This document shows positions 50,770-64,000 of a stretch of DNA of 64,000 bases, one piece after another. The position numbers and the translations under genes were made by a program. Source of the DNA: Eledone cirrhosa (Eukaryota). Position 1 is the first letter of the stretch. The number at the start of each line of letters is the position of its first letter. The notes beneath the pieces were generated by a model. It was given only the letters and a program-made list of their open reading frames with translations. It was not told the origin of the DNA and did not search any database. The stretch is from positions 271,002,001-271,066,000 of the forward strand of contig OZ024740.1 of the NCBI GenBank assembly GCA_964016885.1. The letters run 5' to 3'.

Positions 50770-51988
50770 AATTGAAAAAGTGAAGAATAACATGGTCAAC
50801 AGTACAAAAAAGGGATTTATTTACAGTCTGACAATTGTTTCACTGATTAAGTTGTCTAAAAATTGCTGAACACTTGAAGCAGTGCCACTCAATTTCAAAT
50901 ACGATGTTACAACTAATTAATCAAATAATTAATTAATTATATAATTAATTTATTAAAATAACCAATACACACATAAATATATTTAACATTATCATGTTTA
51001 TACCTCCGTATCTCTATATTTTAACACCCAACACTATAACCACTCTCAATAATCTTACTAAGTTTACTTTTCTTCGCACATTTTTTACATATTTATTTTC
51101 AGATTTTGTAGTTTTATATCATCCTCGATGTAACTTGTTTATTAAGACTTATCTATTTATTTGCATTTATTCATGTATTACCATTTATTCATTTATTGTT
51201 TATATCATTATTTCCCTTTATTTTTATTTTAATTTTTATTTTTATTTTTATTTTTATTTTTATTTTTATTTTTATTTTTATTTTTATTTTTATTTTTATT
51301 TTTATTTTTATTTTTATTAATTTTATTTTTATTTTTATTTTTATTTTATTTTTATTTTTATTTTTATTTTTATTTTTATTTTTATTTTTATTTTTATTTT
51401 TATTTTTATTTTTATTTTTATTTTTATTTTTATTTTTATTTTTATTTTTATTTTTATTTTTATTTTTATTTTTATTTTTATTTTTATTTTTATTTTTATT
51501 TTTATTTTTATTTTTATTTTTATTTTTATTTTTATTTTTATTTTTATTTTTATTTTTATTTTTATTTTTATTTTTATTTTTATTTTTATTTTTATTTTTA
51601 TTTTTATTTTTATTTTTATTTTTATTTTTATTTCTCCTTTCTCCTTTTCTCTCCTCATTCTATCCTCCTTTCTCTCTGTCTTTTTTCTCTATATATTTTC
51701 ACTGTTTTCCTTCGTTTTCTTTTTTCTTTCTTTCTTTTCTCTATCTCTCTTTCTTTTTTCTCTCTCTATCTTTATTATTAATATTATTAATGATGCTGTA
51801 ATTTGAATTCATAAATTACCGAACATATAACAGTTATCTCCGATGATATGGTTAAGCTAACATCGTATTTGAAATTGAGTGGCACTGCTTCAAGTGTGCA
51901 GCAATTTTTAGACAACTTAATCAGTGAAACAATTGTAAATAAATCCCTTTTTTGTACTGTTGACCATGTCATTCTTCACTTTTTCAAT

Positions 51989-51989
<1 letters not shown>
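50770..51989. mobile_element. fold-back element: arms 50770-50909 and 51858-51989 around a spacer containing (TTTTTA)n; hammerhead-like motif at 51831-51937
   Basis: Inverted arms; CCGATGA..long stem II..GAAA CAATTG T(C AGACTG retained in the left arm). Confidence 0.75.
51221..51632. repeat. (TTTTTA)n hexamer array
   Basis: Direct reading. Confidence 0.98.
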
Positions 51990-52023
<34 letters not shown>

Positions 52024-52144
52024 GCGTGTGTGTGTGTGAGTGTGTGCGCGTATATTTGTGTGTGCGTGTAAATTTGAAGACTAAAATCCAAAGAGGGCTC
52101 GATTAGGATAAATATATATCAAATATATAAGAACCGTAGAGCAA

Positions 52145-52572
52145 TTATTTATTAAAATAACAGATTAAAGTTTAAGCAAAGAATCGCTGCTTTCACCCTT
52201 AACAGGATCTTCTGAAACTAACAACGCCAATCTGTGAACGCAGAAGTGGATATTTCAAAAAACGTTGCAACTGGAGGAAGACAGGAAGACGATACTTTGG
52301 TTCGTGGAAACGTTCCCTGGCAAAGAACGGGAAAAACGAATATAATACGTCATTAATAGGAGCGGGGAAAAACAAGTACACGAAAAGACAGAACCACGTT
52401 ATGGTATAAAAGAAGTCGTAGACTAATATTCTCTGAGGTGGTTCATAGAGACGTTCTCTGGCAATGAACGGAAAAAACGAAAATAATACGTCATATGTGG
52501 AGCGTGGAGAACAATTGCACGCAAAGACAAAACCACGTAAATGGTATAACTGAAGTCGTAGACTAAAATTCT
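52145..52572 (-). mobile_element. PLE-type terminal repeat with CAGAAGA hammerhead-like motif (52169-52219) and ~140-bp internal duplication
   Basis: Homologous to 36075-36265 and, inverted, to 58468-58520. Confidence 0.6.
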
Positions 52573-52734
52573 AACTAGGAAACCGAATGATTCTCGGCTT
52601 CAGAGTTAAGAATAAAGTAAATAAAATACAGAGGCAATTGAAATTAAATAAATACATACACGCATCCATATACGTACATACACAAGCATACGCGAAAACA
52701 CTCGCCATAGGTATACAAATACATGCACATATAA

Positions 52735-52806
<72 letters not shown>

Positions 52807-53239
52807 TGTGTGTATACGACCTCTGCGCCGCTGAGGCCCTGGAAATACTCTACGCCACAGACCACATCTTAAACAAAAAATCTGAGGCTTGTAAACATAA
52901 ATTGCACAAAACTTTCCTGTATTACAGCCCCACATTATACCCTAACGGATAGTACGATCTATACGCGGATATTTTACGTCTTGATGTGGTAGCTAAGTAT
53001 ATGTTATGTTTATACCATTACTTATTTGTATAGGTAAGTATATATTACCTGTATGTTTTGTGAAGGTACGTATACTTTCTCGTACGTATATTTGATTGTA
53101 TATGTTATGGCGTATATTTTATATATTCTGGTACATATGCTTTGGGTTATGTGTATACGTGAGTTTTGCGTCTATGTGAGTATGCGGGTTCGTACGTATG
53201 TAGGGTGTGTGTATATGTGTACTTCGTGTTTTGGTTGAC

Positions 53240-53710
53240 GTACGTCTCCGAACATATATGTATTTACATGTAGGTTTGTGTGTGCGCTTGTTATATACGT
53301 ACTTATTTATTTATATACGTATATTTAATTATTTGTATACACGCACACACACATATTTATATGTGCGTGTATTTGTATACCTATGGCGAGTATTTTCGCG
53401 TATGCTTGTACGTCTCCGAACATATGTGTATTTACATGTAGGTATGTGTGTGCGTTTGTTATATACGTACTTATTTATTTATATACGTTTATTTAATTAT
53501 TTGTATACACGCACACACACACACACACACATATTTATATGTGCGTGTATTTGTATATTATGGCGAGTGTTTTCGCGTATGCTTGTGCGTCTCCGAACAT
53601 ACGTGTATTTACATGTAGGTATGTGTGTGCGCTTGTTATATACGTATTTATTTATTTATATACGTTTATTTAATTATTTGTATACACGCACACACACACG
53701 CACATATATG
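53240..53710. repeat. tandem repeat, ~170-bp unit, about 2.7 copies; inverted partial copy at 52682-52745
   Basis: CGTCTCCGAACATA near 53243, 53411 and 53588. Confidence 0.9.
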
Positions 53711-53964
53711 TTTCACTGAATTACTAAAGCTGATTGGTTTAGGCGTCACGGTTGGTTGAGCATGTCTAACGACCACTAATTGATCCTATCGAAAGCATCA
53801 ATTGTTTTGCTATTTTTAGAAATGATGAAAATAGCATTTTCTAGTAATCATCACTATCAACATCACTTTTATTATTATTATTATTGTTGTTGTTGTTAGT
53901 GGTCGTAGTCGACATGGTCGTAGTTATAATCTTAGTAGGAGTAATCTCCCATTATTATTGTTCA

Positions 53965-54526
53965 TTTAGCTTGGGTTTGAATTTATCAATAAAATTCTTT
54001 TCTTTGATTTTTTTTCTTGATTTCACTTGGGCTGTGTAATTTGTATAATGGGAATATTATAAATATTCCCTGACCACATGTTGCTAGATGGTTACTTAGG
54101 GGTATCTGACGGACATTTGGGTCTCTGATTTGTTGTCGGTGTACCCGTGCACGTTCCGATAGTGCATTTCCAGTTTGACCGACATATAGTTCTTCACAAT
54201 TCGGGGATTTAATGCAGTAAATTAGATTTCTGCTTTTGCAGTTCATATTTGCATTTGGGAATATTTTTCCAGTTTTTGTTTTTATATATTGACCGGCGTG
54301 TATGGATTGACATGTGCCGAATTCGACTATCATTGCATTTAGATACAGTGAATGATTGGTCTTTGTTGTTAAGGTCAAACTTTGCTTGTGTTAGTAATTG
54401 CTTCAAATTTTTCGGCTGTCTTTTACTAAGAGTCAAAGATCGATCTGTGATTAAGCCTTTTAATTTATTACTTTGAGCAATGATCGGTAGGTTTGCTTTG
54501 GCAGTGTTGAAGATATTCTGGTGACA
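53965..54526 (-). mobile_element. Penelope-like (Neptune-like) 3' fragment with GIY-YIG domain
   Basis: KRQPKNLKQLLTQAK; CKSRNLIYCIKSPNCEELYVGQTG..LSERARVH. Confidence 0.85.
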
Positions 54527-57299
54527 TGTTGCTTCATTCCTACTGCCTTGCAAGTTCTCATTTCCTCCACTCCAGCTCTCACCTCCTCTTGAACAAGGCT
54601 GATGTTCGTTTAGGGAGTCGGAAAGGAGCCTAGCCCAGCTCTGCCTCGTGTAACCACTCCCACAAGTCTCCTTTGGCGCAGCCTTTCCTCTGCCTCTTGA
54701 ACTGTGTCCTCTGCCCTCCACTTCCTGCCAATCCTCACTTGGATCCCTACCTTCGGATCACAAGAGTCCCTGTACTGGACCACTTCTCTGGCTCTTGCCA
54801 CCTTGAACTCCTCCTCCAATGATTTGAAAGGGCAATTGCAGTTTGGTGTTGTTACCGTAGAGCGCAATGCTGCTCAGGTTCCTTGGCAATCCAAGCCATC
54901 TCCGGGGGTGGCTGCTGACCCTCCTCTCTAAGGTCTCCACTGTTGAGATGGGGACTGCATAGACAAGGAGGGGCCACAGGATCCTGGGAAGAATGCCGTA
55001 TTGGTAGACCCAGGCTTTGAACTTCCCAGGTAGGCCTGATTTGTCCACGGATTTCAGCCAGCCATCCAACTCAGTGCAGGCCGACTGAATAGATGTAGTA
55101 TCTCTCAATGAGCTGTCGAAAACCTTGCCCAAGCTCTTGACTGGCTTCTCCGTGATTGTTGGAATGGCTGTTTCTGAGATATTAAACCGGAACTTGTCCT
55201 CCACCTTCCCTTTCCTCAGCACCATAGATCTTGATTTGGTTGGTTTGAAACGCATCCGGGCCCACTCCATCACCTTTTCGAGTCCCTGCAGTATCCACTG
55301 GCAGCCTGGGGCTGATTCTGTCATGACTGTGAGGTCATCCATGAACGCCCTAATGGGTAGTTGCCTTTGTCCGGATTTCGATAGGGGCTCTCTGCACTCT
55401 GGCTCAGCAGACTTGGTAATCATGTTCATGGCTAGGGAGTTAGTGTCACAGAAATAGTGCACCCCGTGATGATGCCAATTTCCACCTTGTGCCAGCGTGA
55501 TGTTATTGCTCCCGAAGAGACCCTCATCCTGAAATTGGTGTAGTAATCAGCGATAAGGTCTCTACACCTGCTTGGGACATGATGTTTTGTCAACGTGAGC
55601 TGTACCAGCTTGTGTGGAATGGAGCCGAATGCATTTGCCAGGTCAAGCCACAGCACAGATAGGTTACCCCTGTTCTCTCTTGCCTCTCGAATCAGCTGTG
55701 TTACCACACCGGTATGCTCCAGACTACCTGGTATTCCCGAAATGCCACCCTTCTGTACAGATGTATCGATATAGGAGTTCTGTCCCAGGTAGGCACACAA
55801 CCGTTTGGAAACAATGCTGAAGAAGATCTTTGCCTCCACACACAGCAGGGAGATGATGCGGAATCGGTCTATCTGGGTGGAGTTTTCCTCCTTCGGGATC
55901 CACACCCCCTCAGCTACTCTCCATTGTTCTGGGATCCTCCCGCTTCTCCAGAAGACTCGCAGGATTTTCCACAGACGTAGCAGAAGTTTGGGACAGTTCT
56001 TATACACTTTGTATGAAGTGTCACTTGGTCCTGGAGCAGAGCTTGCTCTTGCTCTGTAGACAACCTCCCCGACTTCCTTTAGCTGCAGCTCTGTCATGTC
56101 AAACTGCATCAGGAGAGTCTATGAGGATGTTACACTCTCCCAATTCCTGCTCTCTTGCGGGGTCGCTGTACGTCTTCTTCAGATGCCGGTTTATGTCTTT
56201 CTGCGAGGAGGCAAGTTTACCACTGCGCTTCTGCCCCAACAAATCCTTAGTGAACTTGAAGGGGTTGGAGATAAAGGCAGCACGCTTGCGCGCCCTCTCA
56301 CGGCACCGCCTTCGGTGCCATTCAGCCAGACGGAGAACCCTGATGTTTTTCCGTAGGCTGCACATTAGCTGGGCCAGGCCAATGAGTTCCTCATCTCCGG
56401 CCTTCTTGTATTGGGACTTCAGTGCCTTCATATCCTGCCTGATTTTATGGATCCTAACAGCTCTTTGATTCTTTGAGTAAGTTGTTCCAGAGCTTTTCTT
56501 CTCCTCCTCGCCCAATCGTCCAGCTGCGGAACTCACAATGATTGTTGTCATAGCTTGTAGCCTCCTGTCAGCCCCTCCCTTTACCGTTGCCTCCAGAATT
56601 TGGTCGACATCATCATCGAACTGCTTCCACAGGGAGGTCAGGCTAGCTGTTGGCTATTTGATCCGCCTCCTGTCAGATTTGATGCTCAAGGGATTAGTTT
56701 CCACCACTTGGAGGTTCCGGGCTCTATGGGGTGACTCCGGGCCTGGCTCCTCCTGCGTCTCACCAGGTTGGACACCTGTGCGATGTGATGTTTCTGCTCC
56801 CAACGGGCACTTCATCCTCGCTCGGTGTATCTTTAGGCCGTGGATGTTCTTGCAGACTTTACCGCATGTACACTTCTTGCTCATAGTCCGTTGTCCATTT
56901 GCTTGGGTCTGTTAACGATCTGTCCGTCCGACTGGAGTGGTCATTATCCCCCCCCCCTCTCTCTGGCACCCGTAGTGGTATTTCTTCATTACATTCATCG
57001 TAGCTTATTCTGGGAGTCCTCCTCTCAGAGGACACAGATTGGGTTGCCAGCCCGTTCTGCCCCGGTTGCCGTCTCTCCGGGCTGTCACTGACTCTCCAGT
57101 AGTCACCACGCTCTTCATGGTTGTCTTCCAGTCTTTCCTGGCTGTCACTGATAACTCAGAGTGTTCGTTGTGTGCATACATCTATGACTGATGCATCTAG
57201 ACACATCTTCAGTGATGTGCCTGGTATCATCGGGTGTTTCGGGTCTTTCAACATCATACTCACTTCTCCAGGTGACCCAGCTGGGACTGATCAGACCCA
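54527..57299 (-). mobile_element. HERO-clade non-LTR retrotransposon, frameshifted, 3' endonuclease region missing
   Basis: CTCGKVCKNIHGLKIH, PGETQEEPGPESPHRA, RARKRAAFISNPF, WLDLANAFGSIPH, GIITGCTISV, AFMDDL; visibly more GC-rich than its flanks. Confidence 0.88.
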
Positions 57300-57604
57300 T
57301 ATATATATATGTATATATATATATATGTGAGAATGAAGTAATTTCGTCGGAAAGGTCCAGGAAAAAAGAGTGCTCTATGTAGGTTACAGAGTTTAATAGT
57401 TATGTAATAAACAACATAAGATAATTATTTCATTTACCAGTGGTTTCTTGAAAGCAAACAAAATTTGCTTTCAATCATCAGAATGAAAAAATCCTGGTGT
57501 ATTTATTGACAGTGGATTTTAAAAACAAATATATAATCTATATGAAAGTGAGGCTGGAAAAGGAAGAAGGAAAGGAAAAAGAATAAGTATAAAAGTAGAT
57601 AAAC

Positions 57605-57806
57605 AGACATGCACACACACGCGCACACACACACACACGCGCACACATGTATACATACACACATATATACATATATATATATACATACACACATATATAC
57701 ACATACACATATATATATATACATATACATACATACACATACATATATATATACATATCCATACATACACATACACACAAATACACAAACACACACATGC
57801 ATATAC

Positions 57807-57837
<31 letters not shown>

Positions 57838-58290
57838 TAATCATACATATATACACACGTACATACACACACATACATACACACATATATACACAGACAT
57901 ACATACGCACACACAAATATAGACATATGTACACACACCTACATACGCACACACACAATTAATTATAAGAAAAAATAATAATAAAAAATAAAAATAAAAT
58001 TAAAAAACGATGGATGACCATATAATGCTATAGGCCGTCACATAAAAATAAAAATAAAAATTATACGGCTTAAGAAAATTAAAATTAAAATAATTATAAA
58101 GTTGACAGCGATACCGGAAAGGACACAAATGAATGAACAAACACACGTGGTAAGCAATACACACATTTACACATACACATACATATATATAAATATATAC
58201 ATACACAGACACACACATACACACACATATACATACATATATATACACATATATATATACACATATATACACATATATACATATATATAC

Positions 58291-58372
<82 letters not shown>

Positions 58373-58375
58373 GTA
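57605..58375. repeat. degenerate (CA/TA)n low-complexity arrays
   Basis: Direct reading. Confidence 0.9.
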
Positions 58376-58403
58376 TGTGTGTAATATTCATTCTTGTATA
58401 AAA

Positions 58404-58520
58404 TTCACCTTGATATATATTTATCCTTATCGATCCCAGAGGGCTCGATAAGGCTAAATATATATCAAGGTGAAAGCAGCGATTCTTTGCTTAAACTTTA
58501 ATCTGTTATTTTAATAAATA
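58404..58520 (+). mobile_element. short fold-back (hairpin 58404-58474) running into the 3' half of the CAGA hammerhead family
   Basis: TTCACCTTGATATATATTTA...TAAATATATATCAAGGTGAA followed by AGCAGCGATTCTTTGCTTAAACT. Confidence 0.75.
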
Positions 58521-58586
58521 TATGTGTGTATATATATATATATATACATACATATATATATACATACACTCACTCACACACACACA

Positions 58587-58656
<70 letters not shown>

Positions 58657-58657
58657 C

Positions 58658-58821
58658 ATATTCATTAGTTAAGCAAAACAAAACCACAAACTTCACAAGG
58701 AAGACATTATTAAAAGATTGTCAACATATTTTAGTTTGATGTAAGGAATGTTTGATGTAAAATATGTTGACAATCTTTTAATGTCTTCCTTGTGGTCTTG
58801 TTTTGCTTAACTAATGAATAT
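58658..58821. repeat. imperfect fold-back adjacent to (TA)n
   Basis: Arms 58658-58732 and 58759-58821. Confidence 0.8.
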
Positions 58822-59019
58822 TTCCAGCTCTGCGCACCTAACTTCTGCATGAACCCAGCCACCTAGCTGCTTTCTACTGCATATTGCACATTGAGCACAT
58901 GCCTTTACGCTTTGGCTTCTAACTAACTCACCAATCTCTCCTCTCATATCTCCTCTACTATCTCCATCTCTCTCTTTAAGATTGGTTACTCTTGAACTGT
59001 GTATATATATACATATATA

Positions 59020-59564
<545 letters not shown>

Positions 59565-59747
59565 GAAGAAGAAGAAGAAGAAGAAGAAGAAGAAGAAGAA
59601 GAAGAAGAAGAAGAAGAAGAAGAAGAAGAAGAAGAAGAAGAAGAAGAAGAAGAAGAAGAAGAAGAAGAAGAAGAAGAAGAAGAAGAAGAAGAAGAAGAAG
59701 AAGAAGAAGAAGAAGAAGAAGAAGAAGAAGAAGAAGAAGAAGAAGAA
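59565..59747. repeat. (GAA)n microsatellite, about 60 units
   Basis: Direct reading. Confidence 0.98.
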
Positions 59748-60088
59748 ATTTAATTTGAAACCCAGAAGCAGTAGCATTTGATATGTCTGTATGTCTAGGT
59801 TTTTTTAAAAGACAAGCCTAATTACTGCACTGTGAATATAACTATATAATTGGCATTGCTTTATGATCAACTAAGTGGTGAGATAAAGATATTGCCTAAT
59901 GTAAAGGAATATCAATACAGTTTTTATGATATATGATAATTTTTTATAAGATACTCGCTGAAAAGAAAGCCCACAACATCAACTGTTGCTGAGATATTGT
60001 TAACTTACTAAACTCGTATCAATTCATTCCTTCGTTGGTTCAGTTTAGCACCATTAATCCTACCGTAATATGTTGTCCATCTCGTGGT

Positions 60089-60232
60089 TCAGGCCGACAG
60101 GATGGAGAAGACATTGCCCCGGGGGATGGTGAAGGAGACGCGCTGGAACAGCCACTCTACTTCGCGGTGTTCGCACCTACAGGCAGCCAACTCCGTTACG
60201 ATAGCAGTGAGCAGGAATACGGTCCGGGGTAC
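60089..60232 (-). mobile_element. CRE-clade 3'-end fragment
   Basis: Manual translation ...EHREVEWLFQRVSFTIPRGNVFSILSA*. Confidence 0.55.
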
Positions 60233-60705
60233 CTAGAACGTCGGAACATTCATTTGTTAATGTATTTTCAACGATACTGCATAATTCATTAGCCTGGTTG
60301 GAGACAAGAGAAAATTAAGGCAGAATTCAAACAAGATTAGCATGATGATTTTGTGACAGTACTAATGATAAATTAAACTAAAGTAATGAATCTATTTTGA
60401 AAATGGGATAAATTACAGTGAAATAATTACCAAATGTGTTAATCTATTTATACCAATTGGTATAAATAGATTTTTAAAATTATAAAAACAATCTTGGTTT
60501 TCATTATTAAAACAAATGATTTTTGCTTAATAATCTGACAGCTTACATGAATAAGAGCCACTGAAATTCATAAAAACCTTAAGGTTTTTCAAGTGCTTGC
60601 GTTGGTAGAAATTTGCTCATTGCCATCAACATGTACTTTATTTTCTTGGTGTAACTACTTTAAATACTTTAAATAGATATTTATAAAACCACTATATTCT
60701 ATAGT

Positions 60706-61155
60706 AGCTTCCCTGTGCATGGATTCATTGAAGCTCCAACGTCTGGCAATGGACTTGGTAAACACCCACAAAGTTATTAACCATCTCGCCAACAACAACC
60801 CTGAGCACCTTTTAGATCTCCATGTGTCTAACACACGTGGACATGCCTACAAAGTCAGAAAACAGCACAGCTCCCATGACTTTCGGAAACATTTTTTCAC
60901 GCTTAGAGTTGCTGAAGCATGGAACAAACTACCTGCATCAGTTGATAGCTGCCGAGACACTGCATCCTTTAAAACCCTCATGCTTCCCGAAATTCGCCAA
61001 AACTACACCTGATGTCCCCCTTCCATACACATGCACACATGTGTATATCATGACTCATGCACTGTTCATTTTCCTGACGTTTGTACATTACCCTATGTAC
61101 TATACATACACTTTTGATGAGTTGTAGTGCATCTGAGCACTGTACACAATATTTC
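60706..61155 (+). mobile_element. CR1-type LINE 3' end
   Basis: SNTRGHAYKV...RKHFFTLRVAEAWNKLP...SFK; short ATT-rich tail. Confidence 0.85.
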
Positions 61156-61269
61156 CATTATTATATTATTATTTATTAATATAAATTACATAACGAAAAA
61201 TAATGTTTAATGCACTAACAGATAATTCTAAGTAAGCTTGGCTGTGTAAAATAGCAGATTTAATAATCA

Positions 61270-61410
61270 AGACTTTTATCCCAAATTTATGGAAGGAATA
61301 TAACAGATTGGATCCACAAGAATTGCTGGACAGATTTTACGGCAAAACCAACCGACAGGAGACCCAGTGGTAGACCCCGACCAAGATCGTTGGATAACAT
61401 CCATGAGTTC
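61270..61410 (+). mobile_element. RTE 3' remnant
   Basis: Similar to 59400-59500 (GGTAGACCC...TTGGATAACATCCATGAG). Confidence 0.65.
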
Positions 61411-62237
61411 TTTAAAGGCAGCTTGTGAACATAACCATTCAATGATATTATTGAGATCACTTTAGGTCTCAGAGACCGTAAAAGCGTCAAGGCATTGTTT
61501 CGGGGGGGGGGGACATTATGGTCTGAGTATACTTACATATAACATTGATTTCTTGTGTTATCATAGTAAGTAATATTGGGAAATGTGGTAGTGTAAAATG
61601 TTTTTGGTTAGTAGCTATGCGGATTTCAATCTACACAGATTTATTATATAAATATTAGATAGTATAACTGCTTTCATGCATAACTGTTTTCATGCATTTA
61701 AACGTTCACAGCCTTGACTTTTGCAACACTTAAAAGCATATTATCCCTGCATTGTTGCAAGATGAGTGGTAATATAATATAATCAACGTACCCATACGAG
61801 ATTAAACCAACTGATAAGGGAGATACTTAAATCAAATGATTTATTTACTGGCCACCCGGGCTGATAACAATTATTGTGATTTTAGCATGTATTTAACTAA
61901 GTTGATATAGACAGATGTTACAGACAGCAAGTAGACTCACTAAGATGAAGCTGGTCTGGTTTGCTTCGGCGATAATTTGTTCGTTTTTTATAACATGTGT
62001 ATCTACTATACCATCAGGTGATGCTTTCGAAGATCAACCAGCAGGTATAGTGTATATATATATTTATGTTTCAAGATATGTGTGTATATAGAAATATATA
62101 CTAGAGTATCGACTAAAGTTTCTTATATAAATTGTTTCTCGTATATTTATTGTTTTATATAAGATTCTTATAGATCTGATGTTTGATCAAATGTTTGTTA
62201 TGTCAATTTTTATTATCCGGTTATAATTTCCCCATGA

Positions 62238-62488
62238 CTACTTTTATTTGCTTAAACATCATATCTGTTATAGCATATGTCCGATATCATATATTCTATA
62301 GTCTATATTTAACAAATTTTATCACGGAGGCTACTTTATTTGTTTAAACATCATATGTTTTATACCATATGTCCGATATCATATATTCTATAGTCTATAT
62401 TTAACAAATTTTATCACGGAGGCTATTTTTATTTGTTTAAACATCATATATTCTATAGTCTATATTTAGAAAATCTTATTGCGGAGAC
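62238..62488. repeat. tandem repeat, ~92-bp unit, about 2.7 copies
   Basis: CATATATTCTATAGTCTATATTTA present three times. Confidence 0.9.
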
Positions 62489-63081
62489 TAAAATGGAAGA
62501 AGAAAACTCCAAACATTAAGGACAAGATAGGAAAAAAATAACGATATATGATTCTTGCTACTAAATACCAGGACTATTATGATTTATCAAAAGATAGTAC
62601 TGAAGGCTCATTTTCGTGACAGAAATATTAAGCGCAAGTGAGTGGCTATGAGTGGGCGTTTCTGTGTATATGTGTTTGTGTGTGTGTGTGTGTATTGTCG
62701 GTATGTGTCTATGTGTGAACTTGTTAATCCCTCTGCTTATATTTACTGTTGGTTTATGTTTCGTAACTCAGCCGTTTTACAAACAAGTGATCGATAGAAA
62801 AAATACTTGTAGATTATAAATGTATTCACAAAAGTCGAGAATTAGAATTTCCCACGCCACCACAAGTGGAGACATACTCGAGAGAAATATGAGTGAATAG
62901 CGAGAGATAATACAGAACTCTGATGGCAATTTGTCAAGGTGAGCAGGAAGCTCCTAGGACTTGGAAGAAAAGTATGAGGGTTGATATGTTCGACTAAATC
63001 CTTTCAGGGCGGTTTCCCAGTATGTTAGTTGACTGAAACAAGTATAAATGTATAGGAACGAAACGAAACATCACTCCGATA

Positions 63082-63702
63082 ATAATTGTTTCCACTTTTG
63101 GCACAAGGCCAGCAATTATTTCAGGGTATTACTGGTACTTTATTTTATCGACCCCGTAAGGATGAAAGGCAAAGTTAACCACGGTGGGATTTGAACTCAG
63201 AATGGCAAGGGCCGTAACTCTATGCGTCAAAGCATGGCATCCGACCCTATAAATAATGAATGAATATTACATAATTTATCTTCTAAATTTCGTGGCTGTT
63301 CATAAAAGGCCGTAACTCTATGCTGCAAAGCATAGCGTCCGACCCCCTACCGATATTGCCAATCCCCAAATAATGATTGTTTCTACTATAGGCACAAGGC
63401 TACAATTTTTTTTTTTTTTTTTTAGGCGGGGGGGAGTGGAAACTCGATTAAATCGAAACCAGTATGTTACTGGTGCGTTATTTTGACGACCCCATAAGGT
63501 GGATTTGAACTCAGAACGCAATGGGCCGTAACTTTATGCCGCGAAGCATGTTATCCGATGCTCAACTGATACTGCCAACAATAATAATAATAATTGTTTC
63601 TATTTAGGGACAAGGCCAGCAATTTTCGAGGAAGGGAAAATTGATTAAATCGATCCCAGTTCATTATTGGTGCTTTATTTTATCCACCCCGTAAGGATGA
63701 AA
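63082..63702 (-). mobile_element. cluster of tRNA-SINE copies and fragments
   Basis: SINE body at 63082-63250, 63308-63365, 63372-63580 and 63592-63702. Confidence 0.8.
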
Positions 63703-63710
63703 TTAGAAAT

Positions 63711-64000
63711 CACCCGCTGGTCAGTGGGCTGTAGAATAGGGGTGGTGTTGGTGGAAGGTAGAGAACCTTTATAAACTTGAACTCTTCGAGTATGTCATCT
63801 TCGAGATTAGGTGGGTGATTAGATGCATTGCCCAGGACGAGAAGGGTTTGCAGGGATAAGTTTTCCTGGAGATATTTCTTAACGTCAGGACCAAATTCAC
63901 CCACTCCACAAAGAACTGCTTGGTGACCCATGCCCTCGGGTTTGCCTGCCACATAACCTGCAGTTTTTCCTTTGGAAACTTATGTGACTTAAAGGCTCTG
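63711..64000 (-). mobile_element. Tigger/pogo DDE transposase fragment (frameshifted)
   Basis: VMWQANPRAWVTKQFFVEW...LLVLGNASNHP...IKVLYLPP. Confidence 0.85.

Noticed and set aside
62238-62488. CRISPR-like array (also 38058-38524 and 53240-53710)
   Set aside because: Whole units repeat without unique spacers; eukaryotic context and no cas genes.

Overview
AT-rich, microsatellite-saturated eukaryotic DNA with no confidently identifiable host gene. The repeat complement (abundant tRNA-derived SINEs, R4/Dong-type and RTE LINEs, Penelope-like elements) suggests an octopus or other cephalopod genome; this is inference from family recall. Contents: (i) three young and two old R4/Dong-like RLE LINE copies sitting in (ATAC)n tracts; (ii) a family of short bipartite RTE-derived non-autonomous elements in the same tracts but on the opposite strand; (iii) a HERO-like LINE that resembles fish elements; (iv) CRE, RTE, CR1, Helitron, mariner-MITE and Tigger remnants; (v) about 20 SINE copies. 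The most striking signal lies between about 31 and 59 kb: roughly ten fold-back (palindromic or inverted-arm) insertions, mostly embedded in (TA)n, with arms from 15 bp to 2.1 kb. They include a Penelope-like RT+GIY-YIG element, and most carry type I hammerhead ribozyme motifs. Several of these motifs have non-canonical cores (CCGA/CAGA in place of CUGA, or U.U at the base of stem II), and one perfect 136-bp palindrome encodes two back-to-back hammerheads. All structures were read by eye, and boundaries of degraded elements are approximate.
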